From assembly GCA_051530055.1 (NCBI GenBank), contig CM121341.1, forward strand, positions 17,338,784-17,402,783: a stretch of DNA of 64,000 bases, in the 5' to 3' direction. The notes under the pieces are model-generated. The model was not told where the DNA came from. It saw only the letters and a list, made by a program, of their open reading frames with translations, and searched no databases. Each line of letters starts with the position of its first letter. Position 1 is the first letter of the stretch. Shown one piece after another: positions 11,750 to 22,049 of the stretch. A program made the translations under genes and the position numbers. Origin of the DNA: Neoechinorhynchus agilis (lineage: Eukaryota; Animalia; Acanthocephala).

Positions 11750-12196
11750 CGGACACGAACACCACCGACCGACATGGGTTGAGTGGACGTAAATGCGCGA
11801 AATGAACATAATATTGTCGTTTTCTTCGATTGATTCTGAATTTAGCCTCACAATGTACTTTGGACTGAGCAGTCTTTTAAGAGTAAAAATATACTTTGTC
11901 ATTATTAAGAGATATTGACCTAAAGTTCACATGGATACATTGTAGCCATTCCGGTTATCATTTCTAATGTCTAACAAGGGAAAACGTTTACGACGAATCA
12001 ATATCACGATGTGGACCTAACAGATTTCGTGTTCCCGCGACACTCGCAAATGAGCAATTACGCATAATTTCCATGGTTTTATTGATTACGCCGACATGAA
12101 AGGCAGCGGAATACAATGTGAATGATCGATTTTCGCATCGATTTACATCGCTTTTCATTAAAACTTTGTTAAATGTTAAAACCTGTTTGTGCGGAC

Positions 12197-15100
12197 TGTT
12201 GTAGAACCGAAAACGTGGTTTTATTTAGCTAACGGAACCGCGAAAACGTTTCATGGTACAACGAACGATAACGGTTAGTAATCGATAATATAATTACATT
12301 TATGATGTAGTCGAAACTAATCGATATCACAATCTTCCATCGTGTTCAATTGTTTCCCTGGTCTCCGGCAAGACCGTCTGACTTCTCACCCGTCTTCCAT
12401 TATATACTTCGAGCCCATTCGACTAGAATCCGAATCCAATCCAGTATAGTCATCCTGAGTGCCACGTTCTGGTATTTCAGTACTATTGTGCTTAGATCTT
12501 GATTCAGTAGTTTGAGATTGAAGCACGTCATCACCAGTCGTTTGAGCGATATCCGACCCATACGGGGCTAGACGTTGGGTTGAAACGACGCCTTGTCGTC
12601 CATCAGCGTATTGGATCAACGAATGCATTTCGCCTCCACTTATTAGAGTTACTTCATCCACTTCATTCTCGTACTTGGACTTTCTGTTTAGATTCTTGAG
12701 GTATGCCTTATCACTTGATACAATCCAACTTGGTGGTGGCCGGGATGTCATATTCCTTCTTGGATAATTGAATATTCGTTCATGAGGCGTTTGCCCCGTA
12801 CTGGTGCAGAGAAGTGTTCGTATTTTCGAGAGTGCCTCATGGAGGACCTGGGGCCATTTATTTAAAGGAAGATCTTGATCTGCAAGCAAGAGCTGGATGG
12901 TTTTCCACCCTGTTCCATTGTAGCGTTCACACTGACCGTTGCCTTGCGCGTGGAACGCAGTCGTGTGACTGAGGCAAACGTTCTGTGCATTTAGCCATTC
13001 TCGAATATCCTTGCAGGTGAAAGAAGCTCCGCGGTGAGAGTGGACGTAATCAGGACATCCGAAAATTGCAAAGATTCGTGATAGACATAATTTAACGGTT
13101 TCAGTTGAGCAGTCTGTGCAAGCAAATGCGATTGGGAACCGCGAATATTCTTCTATGGCGACTAATAAATACCGCGGACCGCTTGCTGTGGACGGTAATG
13201 GACTTTTGAAGTCCACAAATATTCGTTCGAATGGTTTGGTGGCTTTGGTCAAATGTAGACCAGAAGATTTGTTCCAGCCTCCATCATAATATGCGTTCGT
13301 TTCTAATCTTTTTGAATGTTTTTGATTGAGCATAAAGGATACTGATCTTTGATCCGTAATCACGACGAACGGACGGATTGCTAAGTAGTACCGCCAATGT
13401 TTTATTGCCTCGATAAGTGCGTACGCCTCCTTTTCCACTATGTGATATCGTTTTTCATGTATATTCAGTGTTTTGGAAAAAAATGCGACAGGTAGCCCAT
13501 CCTGGAAAAGAGCGGCTCCAATTGCTTTTTCAGAAGCATCAGCTTCGAGTACGAATTGCTTATCCTCATCTATGCTATGCATGACAGCGTTTTTGATGTC
13601 TTTTTTCAAGGTATCAATCAATATTGCAGTTTGTTCGCATAGAGGAAAATCCAAATTTTTGCACACCAGCGGTTCAATCCTTTTAGAGTAGCTCGGGATC
13701 CATTTACTATAATAGGCAAAAAATCCCATCAAGCGTTGTAGAGATGCTTTGTTGGTGGGTAGTACTATGTCATTTAGAGGCTTGAGACGATTTGGGTCCG
13801 GTCTTAGTTGGCCGTTACCGATTTCGTAACCAAGTACCAGGATTCGTTCTACCCCATATACGCTTTTATCGTTATTGAATTTTAATCCTTTCTTGGCAGC
13901 AATATCTCGAAATTGTCACTAGTTTTTATCATGCTCACTCTTCGTTTGTCCGCAAATAATGACATCATCGAGATATGCATACGTATTTGATAAATTGTTA
14001 GCTTCGGTGATATTATTCATATACCTCAGAAATGCGGATACTCCATTGGTAACGTCCATCGGGATTTCTGTAAAGCGGTAGAGCTCACCGCATGCTTCAA
14101 AAGAGGTATAGTCTCTCTCATGAGGGGCAATTGATACTTGATAATATGCATCTTCCAAGTCTAACCGGCTAAACACCTTATTTGTTGCTATTTTGTTGAC
14201 GATCGTTTCGATACGTGGAAGAGGGTAAGCATCTAGATAAGTGAATTTGTTAATAGTTTGGCTAAAGTCTACAACGAGTATCTTTTTTCCATTTTCGTTG
14301 TTAACCACGAGGACATGTGCCCTCCATGGTGAATCGGATTTTTCGATTATACCATTTTTAAGCATACGATCGATCTCGGATTTAATAAAGATGATGTCGC
14401 GTTGATTGTAGCATCGGGATCGAGTTGCGATCGGTTTACAGTCGGCGGAAAGATTATTGAACAAACAAGGAGCAAAATCAGATTCTGTTGTCGACTCTTG
14501 ATCACGTACAGGAATAAGTAACGCAGCTAGATTCAGTTCGATTGGCGGCTCACTGCCTGACATTCTCAAGCGGAACTCTGTGCAGTCTTAAAAACGGCAA
14601 TCCAAGAACTAAGTCGCTGCAAATATCAGTCAACACGTATAGTTTCACGCGAATGTACATCGTTCCGTCGTATCGAATATCGGCCCTAACCTTGCCCAGA
14701 GTTCTCCTTGTAGTGTTACCAGAGGCTAACGAAACGTTTGAGTAAGACGGTTCCATAGATAACTGTAGCTTCTCGATAGCATTAAAATCGATGAAATTGA
14801 GGGAACTCCCAGTATCAAGCAAAGCAGAGAAGGTTACATCTTGTATCAATACCGGAATCATGAGAGAATAATCCTTTATCGAACTCTTATCCTTTTTAGT
14901 AGCAGCTAAGTAGACCGAAGACAAGTTAGCGTTGTTACCTTTTTTTGACCGATACATTCTCGCGAAGTGTCCGAGTTTTTGACACTTATAGCACTGTACT
15001 TCGGCGGCAGGGCATAATTTGTGAGGATGTCGTTTCCTCCCACAAAAATAGCAAACTGACGTACGATTGAATTATTCGAGCCTGCTATCATGTTCTCTAT

Positions 15101-15966
15101 TTATCGCGTTCAATGATTGCAATTTATCGTCATATTCGTCAGTTCGTATTCGCCTGCATTTAAACGGATCGTTTCTATGGTCGCTTTCGTCGATTTGTAC
15201 TTTCATTCACCTAAGAGGATCGCTGCTATGATTGCCGAAGTGCTCCATACTTTCAAACGCATACTGAACGCTCTTGGCGATCTCAATCGTTTTGCACAGT
15301 GTCAGTTCTTCACATTCGAGCAATCTCTGACGTATTCTGTTTGATTGGAGACCTGCGATAAAAGTCTCGTATATAATCTGATTTTGCTTCTTCGGCGCTG
15401 ACGATTTTGAAGGAACAGTCTTTGGCAATCATCCCTAATGCTTGAACGTATTGATCTATGCTCTCATTTTCCAACTGTCGTCTTGTCGATAACAAGTGCC
15501 TAGGTAGAATTTCGTTAGGCTTCTTCAAAAAGAGTTTCTCAATCGTCTCAAAAGCCTGATCAAAGTCTTCGAATTCTTCAATAAGCTCATAAACATCAGG
15601 TCCTATGTGAGCGCAGAGTATTTCCATCCTATCACTCTTGTCCGCAAGTTTCTTTATTGTGTACTCGAAATTCCGTTTCCAAAGTCGGAACTTTTTTCTT
15701 GCGTCCTCCTGGTGAGGTAGAATATTCAACCATTCGGTTTTGAAACTAGGATGCACAGCTTGCGGTTGACTGTCTTCGACTGAGCCAGTTTTTGTCGACA
15801 GAATTTCCTGATGATCCATCGTTAGCTAAATAAATTGTTGTAGAACCGAAAACGTGGTTTTAGCTAACGGAACCGCGAAAACGTTTCATGGTACAACGAA
15901 CGATAACGGTTAGTAATCGATAATATAATTACATTTATGATGTAGTCGAAACTAATCGATATCACA
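12197..15966 (-). mobile_element. Full-length but frameshifted Ty3/Gypsy LTR retrotransposon (two CCHC knuckles, Mag-like)
   Basis: LTRs 12197-12331 and 15836-15966, TSD CGGAC; gag from 15819, CYFCGRKRH..C / CYKCQKLGH, protease LLDTGS, RT YLDDV, RNase H LEADASE, integrase FVDFK...GNGQCER. Confidence 0.97.
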
Positions 15967-16579
15967 CGGACACGAACACCACCGACCGACATGAGTTGAG
16001 TCGACGTAAATGCGCGAAATGAACATAATATTGTCGTTTTCTTCGATTGATTCTGAATTTAGCCTCACAATGTACTTTGGACTGAGCAGTCTTTTAAGAG
16101 TAAAAATATACTTTGTCATTATTAAGAGATATTGACCTAAAGTTCACATGGATACATTGTAGCCATTCCGGTTATCATTTCTAATGTCTAACAAGGGAAA
16201 ACGTTTACGACGAATCAATATCACGATGTGGACCTAACAGATTTCGTGTTCTCGCGACACTCGCAAATGAGCAATTACGCATAATTTCCATGGTTTTATT
16301 GATTACGCCGACATGAAAGGCAGCGGAATACAATGTGAATGATCGATTTTCGCATCGATTTACATCGCTTTTCATTAAAACTTTGTTAAATGTTAAAACC
16401 TGTTTGTGCGGACACGAATACCACCGACCAACACGAGTTGAGTCGACCCAAATACGGAAAATGAACATAAGATTGGCGTTTTCAAGGATGCACAGTGTTC
16501 TTGAAAGTTGGAATGTACTTTACAAGATGGACACTGGCTTAGAATTGGAATTTTGTTGAAAATAAAGTATTCTTTCAAA

Positions 16580-17025
16580 GGATCCTGATGTATTCGTGCC
16601 GGCAAACGAACCCTTCGACGGCTTTTTAACCTCTCTATCCGAAATCCTAAACTGAGCTCTTCGCTCCATCATCCCCGAGCTCATCGACTCTCTTAACCAT
16701 ATTATATATCGTAGCCATCCTCTGGACATCGTCGACCGTCATCCTCTGGATCCGACATCCACACCGGATCCGTCATCCACTTCGGATCCAACATCCATTC
16801 CGGGTCACTCATCCGAACCGGATCCGTCATCCACTCCGGATCCAAAATCTATTCCGGATCAATCATCCAAACCGGATCCGTAATCCACCATGGATTCGAC
16901 ATCCACCCCGGATCCGTCATTCTCTCCGAATCCGTCATCCACTCTAAAATGATCACGAGGATCCAGAGGTATGTGGGTCCTCTTCTTAAACAAAAATAAA
17001 TAAAACGTGTTGTTATTCTGATTTT
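16580..17025 (+). mobile_element. L2-type LINE 3' end with stem-loop and tail, inserted in the third tandem unit
   Basis: RT C-terminal remnant (SIRNPKLS), GAGGATCC..GGGTCCTC hairpin near 16957-16982, AATAAAACGTGTTG tail; host repeat resumes near 17026. Confidence 0.7.
16745..16950 (+). repeat. 18-bp minisatellite (consensus CCGGATCCGTCATCCACT), roughly 11 degenerate units
   Basis: Repeated ggatcc/catcc periodicity. Confidence 0.85.
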
Positions 17026-17510
17026 AACCTCACAATGTACTTTGGATTGAGCAGGGGCTATTTCCGGCCTCGTCTTTTACTGCAGGACATTTCCTGCCCA
17101 GCTTTCTGAACACTCTATCCAAACTCCCCTATTCTTGGGCTGTAGCGTCCGTCTGGGCGGACAAGAACTCGTCAAAATAGCTTGATCTTTGAAAGATCGA
17201 TCTTTATCTACAGCTCTTGTTTCAGTCAAGCACATGTCCTTTTCCCGAATAAATCTGTGTGTTTAGTAGTTTAACGCTTGTACGATTTGATAATACGGGA
17301 TCAAGGAAATACTATATTTAACCAGGCAATAATCGATTTTTAAATATCATTTTTTCTTTGATCTTCCCGGAAAAAGTGAAGGTCGTTGAGAAGTTTTCAG
17401 TCCAAAAATAACAGACTGTGTGTTAGTCAAAGTCTATACTGTTTATTCGGGAGAAATTCTCACCAACATCACATGCATTCGTTCATAACGCTTCTAAGTT
17501 AATGTTGCTC

Positions 17511-18008
17511 TCATTTTTCCATTGGCCAATCTTCAATTAGTGTGTAACCCGAAATGGTAAATGGTGCGATTTTAAATCCATGTTTTTCTTTTCTTGTTGG
17601 TTTCTTTGTTATATACATGCTCTTGCATTTCACATAACAATTCCTCAAGTATTCTTTGATATCGGAGAGTTCGGTTGGAGGTCGTGGATGAGAATATACT
17701 ATAAAGCCTGCATAGTGGCAAAATTTGTTGCAAGTTTTTAAATCCTGCATTTCGTTATTTCCCGAATAACTCGTACGCAACTGATCTGAATTATATTGAT
17801 ATCGTTTTCTACAGTGGTGACAACACTCCTTTAAATACTTAGTTTTGGTTTTGTAATTAGTTAAATATTCATTGTCGCGGAAGATAACGGTACGGGATAG
17901 GTGGCAATATTTAAAACACATATCTAGATCAATCCTACTGTCCTCTCTTGAAGATGGAATTATGAGCAACAGTAAACAAAATATGATCTCAAGGAAAGAG
18001 GAGGTCAT
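17511..18008 (-). CDS. Putative secreted Cys-rich protein, 165 aa, two CX3C...CX3C repeats
   Basis: Hydrophobic N-terminus MTSSFLEIIFCLLLLIIPSS; repeats DLDMCFKYCH..KYLKECCHHCRKRY and DLKTCNKFCH..EYLRNCYVKCKSMY. Confidence 0.7.
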   Translation of the reverse strand: MTSSFLEIIFCLLLLIIPSSREDSRIDLDMCFKYCHLSRTVIFRDNEYLTNYKTKTKYLKECCHHCRKRYQYNSDQLRTSYSGNNEMQDLKTCNKFCHYAGFIVYSHPRPPTELSDIKEYLRNCYVKCKSMYITKKPTRKEKHGFKIAPFTISGYTLIEDWPMEK

Positions 18009-18469
18009 GTGAATTCCCGTTGATTGTATTTTTGACCTTGTTAGGGACACTTGAAAATTGGTTGCCATAGTAAATACCTAAAGTTTTTCGTTTAATTTTT
18101 CTCCGTCTTAAATAATTATTAAAATAAAACGCAAAACTTATTTTGTATAACAGATGAGTGACTTTTAATTTTAATCGGAAATACACAAAACCGCTTTATT
18201 TCAATCATATGGATGAATTATTGCCATAACTATATACGTTGAACACTAGTTTTTATGAACCTCGCGTGAACCTGGTGTCAAAACGGTGTTTTTTAATTCA
18301 GGCATTTTAAACTCACATGTAGCTCTGCAGGTCTACAGGTATGTGAAAGTATTTATTTCCCTTCCCCTGTGTAATAGTGAAAGTTTGAGTATTAATGCCC
18401 CGGTTTCTCGATCAAAAAGGAAGAAAACTTATACTTTCAGTTTCAATTAACGATGTTTGATTCAGAAAT

Positions 18470-19050
18470 AGATTTATCTTGAAAATTTTCGGCCTTTTCG
18501 TTGGCCTTCTTTAGTTAATCTACAATTTGAAAGAAGCATTGTCAAATAGTTTTCCCGGTTGGCCTCGCAGGCTGAATTTATAGTCAGCTTTGTTGCCAAC
18601 AAAAGTACCTGTTTGCTGGATCATGATGGCTTCCATTGTCACTCTGTAGCGTCCTGCGGCACTCCTCGTAAGAACCTCGGCGCCATCAAAATATATCTCA
18701 TGCCACCTACCATTGGTTTGGGACACTATTGCTGAGCTCACATCAGACTTTTTGATAGCTGCCCTTCTGTGCCTAGCAATCCTACTATTTAGATCATTCG
18801 TTTGTCCCACATATGACAGACTGCAATTCGAACATGGGATCTTATAGACACATTCAGCAGGAACATCCTCATTCTTCAGTCGGAGTATATGTGGAACACC
18901 TTGCTTTCTATAAACCGTCCGAGCATTTCGGTATTGTTGGGATGATGTACTATTCAAATATGAACTGGATTGGATCTACAACAAACTAAAAGTGAGTGGA
19001 TACGCAAGGAGGTACATTGAGAAATGTATGAAGGACCCCGTTCTGGAGTT
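18470..19050 (-). mobile_element. Penelope-like element 3' part: GIY-YIG endonuclease, degenerate hammerhead, inverted RT-thumb fragment
   Basis: CVYKIPCSNCSLSYVGQT...RIARH...EAIMI; CTAAAGA-A-GGCC..GGCC-GAA-AATT after the stop; plus-strand ELDWIYNKLKVSGY at about 18960-19050. Confidence 0.9.
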
Positions 19051-19089
19051 CATCTCTCAGCTCCTCTAAGAAACGGCCCTAAAGAATTT

Positions 19090-19370
19090 ACGTCCTGAGT
19101 CTCCTTTGCGCAAAATTGATTCCATGGTGGAACTCACAATCTCCACAAATTCACACCAATTCTTTATTTCAGGGGACTTCAATAAACTATTTCCTCTGTC
19201 ACCTCTCTCCTAATTTCGTCAACTAATTGACTTCCCAGCATGTCTTGACGCTCATCTCGACCAAGTATTCGCGAACATCTACGCCTACCCTTAAGCCTGG
19301 CCTGTTTATGTTGGGTGACTCTCGTCGCAATGTTTTGTATTGTTTGACCGATGTATGCGCTATTTCAAAC
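19090..19370 (+). mobile_element. LINE AP-endonuclease fragment
   Basis: Translates to FFISGDFNKL...HLDQVFANI. Confidence 0.75.
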
Positions 19371-19374
19371 CATC

Positions 19375-19680
19375 AGGTTACTATGGAGGAGCCAAGTCTT
19401 GGAAAGCGTCTTGTGCTCGAGGCCTTACACATCGCTGTGGCGAACACCATTGAAGATAACAAAGCGAACTTCAGTTTAAAATTGCCTGCCAATGACGTTA
19501 TGAAAATCAATAGAAAATCCAACACAGTGTAGGGGTTACGAGCGGACATATTTTAGCTCCAACCATGCTAATGGTGTACCTATTAAACCGCGCTGACAAG
19601 ACCAAACAAATAAAAAGAACTTCACACCTTTTATAGATGACTGATGAGGCGAGGTTTCTTCGCGAAATATTTCATAATAT
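19375..19680 (+). mobile_element. Penelope-like 3' end (family 1): GIY-YIG C-terminus plus pLTR
   Basis: KRLVLEALHIAVANTIEDNKANFSL; homologous to 26250-26460. Confidence 0.8.
19637..19675 (+). ncRNA. Minimal type I hammerhead ribozyme (Penelope pLTR)
   Basis: ATGA-CTGATGA-G-GCGAGG-TTT-CTTCGC-GAA-ATAT-T-TCAT; stem I ATGA/TCAT, palindromic ATAT in place of stem III. Confidence 0.8.
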
Positions 19681-19699
19681 TAAAGGAATCTTTAAGCGG

Positions 19700-20200
19700 G
19701 ATTATGTTCACCACCATCCAATATTATTCTTTCCCTCAAACGCAATACCTTTAAAATTTAAATACTCAAACGCCCCAGTCATTTAGGAGCCCTGTCGCCC
19801 GCTCTTTCCAAATTTCACTTCAGGTTTATCTTACTACGGCTATCCCGTCGTTTGCAACCTGTGCAAATCACAATTCCGCCGCCGTGAAATGTTTCATAGA
19901 AGCGCCTCCACAATTGTTGCAATTAATTTCCTCCCGTTCACAAAATGCCTCTATAAAATTTTCACCAAACAATAAAAAGGCGACCTAATTCCTTTCATCC
20001 TCCTATAATTTGCATCTCTCTCTCTACACCCGCTCCATTTCCATACTTTCAATTCTCTCGGATATCATTAACTGCAATGAACCCGGAGGAAAGACTCAAC
20101 CTAGCAAACTCTCCTACACCAATAACCATCCACTTTCCTGCTCGACCGGACCTGTAATCCACTCCAACATCAACAGCCACATTCTTGCTTGTTTCTGGCG
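19700..20200 (+). mobile_element. L2-type LINE 3' fragments
   Basis: Aligns with 38900-39330. Confidence 0.75.
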
Positions 20201-20688
20201 GACATAATCTCTTGCATTATCCTCCAGGTTGAAAAAGTTGAAGGAAATAAGGCGGACTTCAAACTGAATCTAAGTACAACCATATCCATTGTGCCGAAAT
20301 ATCGGATTTATTAAATTCCTTTAAGTTTTCCGCCAGGTATATGGTTCCTTTACACTGTACAGTATTGTGCAATAAAACGTTTCATTATTAAGGATAATTA
20401 GGAACTTTAATAATTGTCAATATTAAATAGTTCAGTGAAAATCATTAGTGCAGCGTGTAATTAATATTTATAATGTGCTCATTAATAAAACGGAAGGAAA
20501 ATGTTTTCATTAAGACATGTCAATTTCGGCTATTTGATCAATAGATCGAATTCTTTATGTGTTAAAATTAATTTTTTTAGAACGCAAATCGATTATATGA
20601 GAAAAATGGACGAAGAAAAGCTTGTAAGTGATGTAACCCAATCCCACAGAAATTAAATCGTTACAAATATTTTACAACCAATATATTT

Positions 20689-21634
20689 TTATTGATCATT
20701 TTCATCATTGGAAGTTGAATTTTCTTTTCGTTGGTTATTATAACCTTGAATTTGACATTCTTCTTTAGTATCATTTGATTTCCTGAATTTTTTTGGCAAT
20801 CGCAAAACCTCGAGCGGTTTAATCTTGATGAGTTTGTCCAATTCCTCCTTAGCCTTTGATTTGTTAGACGGCGTAATTATATTTCGCTGCTCCATTTTCG
20901 CCCTCAGCTTAGGAGAATCTACATGGATATCGTTTCTTGGATTCATGCTATGACGTTCACGAGATCGCTTTTCATTGAAGATTTTGAAGCAATTCTCTCG
21001 ATTGCATTTGTAGCTCTCATTAAGATGCATTGGCCCAAAATGCACACGTAAAGCTTCGACATTATTGAAAGCTTTTTCGCACAATGGGCATTTTAGCACA
21101 TTCATGAAACCATCGTCTTCTTTAGCGCTTCTTTTCCTACTCTTTGGTTTATTATCCAAGGTAGAATTATGTGATTGCGGCGTTTGAACTATTGGTCGGA
21201 GAACCATTTCAGCAACCGACATAGTGCTTGTTGGAATTGATTGCGATTCCGTAGGTTCAAAATTAGTTGAAGCATTTTCGTGCTTAGTCGTGGGTGCCGA
21301 ATTCAAATCAATTTCTTCGCTTATCGAAGACAAAACGGTTTCAAGGACATTAAGTGCTTCGAAGCAGTACAGATATTGAACAACTGTTTCCACGCAATCC
21401 TCGTCAGAAAATGACGATGGCTCAGTCCAAAATGTATGTTCGCCTTCCTTAGGTACAGTAATATAAACAGTGGAATAATCTTGCATTCTGCCGAGAACAA
21501 GCATTTCAGTGTTGCATCTCTTGAAAAACCTGATGAAATCCTAGAGGGAATTTTTTTATCATAAGTTCGAAGTTGGAAATTTTTGAAAAACTTACGTCGT
21601 GAAATCTCAAGTTGAATATGTGTTGTTGCGACAT
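20689..21634 (-). CDS. Disconnected/basonuclin-like C2H2 zinc-finger protein, 2 exons
   Basis: CPLCEKAF..ALRVHF..MHL..YKC...C...F..KRSRERHSMNP...H matches the disco/BNC finger pair; QDY..Y....W....E...Q.L resembles the BNC N-terminal domain; 55-nt intron 21541-21595 gives start MSQQHIFNLRFHD. Confidence 0.75.
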
Positions 21635-22049
21635 TTTTAAAAACTAATGCTGATGAAATAGATTCCGCGATCGATAGATAAGGTGGAATAAGCGATAGAA
21701 ATGTTCCGTGCACATATATACGATAACATCACGTGTATGGCGGTGTTAATGAAAACTAGCCAATCAGCAAGCGCCCGACATAGAATTCACATATTGACGT
21801 GACTTACAGATCTTACCGACCATTGGGTTGTTAATTCCGATACAACTTATCAAGTCTCATTAATTTTGTGCCATAAATTTTGCGGTTTAAGAAACACATA
21901 AAAAATCGAATTCTTTAACAAGTGATGATGTTTGAACCGAAGAATATCAATTAATGAGCTATATCATCTGTTAATTTTTTAAGAATGTTGAAAGCGATGC
22001 TTCTAAGTATTTCCAGATTGTTATGTTGCAATTCAGCCAGGTTTTAGTG

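Larger units (their letters stand above)
11325..16470. repeat. Three tandem units of a ~442-bp repeat hosting LTR insertions
   Basis: 11750-12196 and 15967-16413 are near-identical 447-bp blocks; 11325-11615 is a further partial copy. Confidence 0.9.

Noticed and set aside
11325-16470. Treating the 450-580-bp repeats as the LTRs
   Set aside because: TG...CA ends and the CGGAC TSD define a 131-135-bp LTR; the rest is host tandem repeat
16745-16950. CRISPR array or coding PDPSST repeat
   Set aside because: Head-to-tail 18-bp degenerate units without unique spacers, no cas genes, eukaryotic context, and located in a LINE 3' UTR
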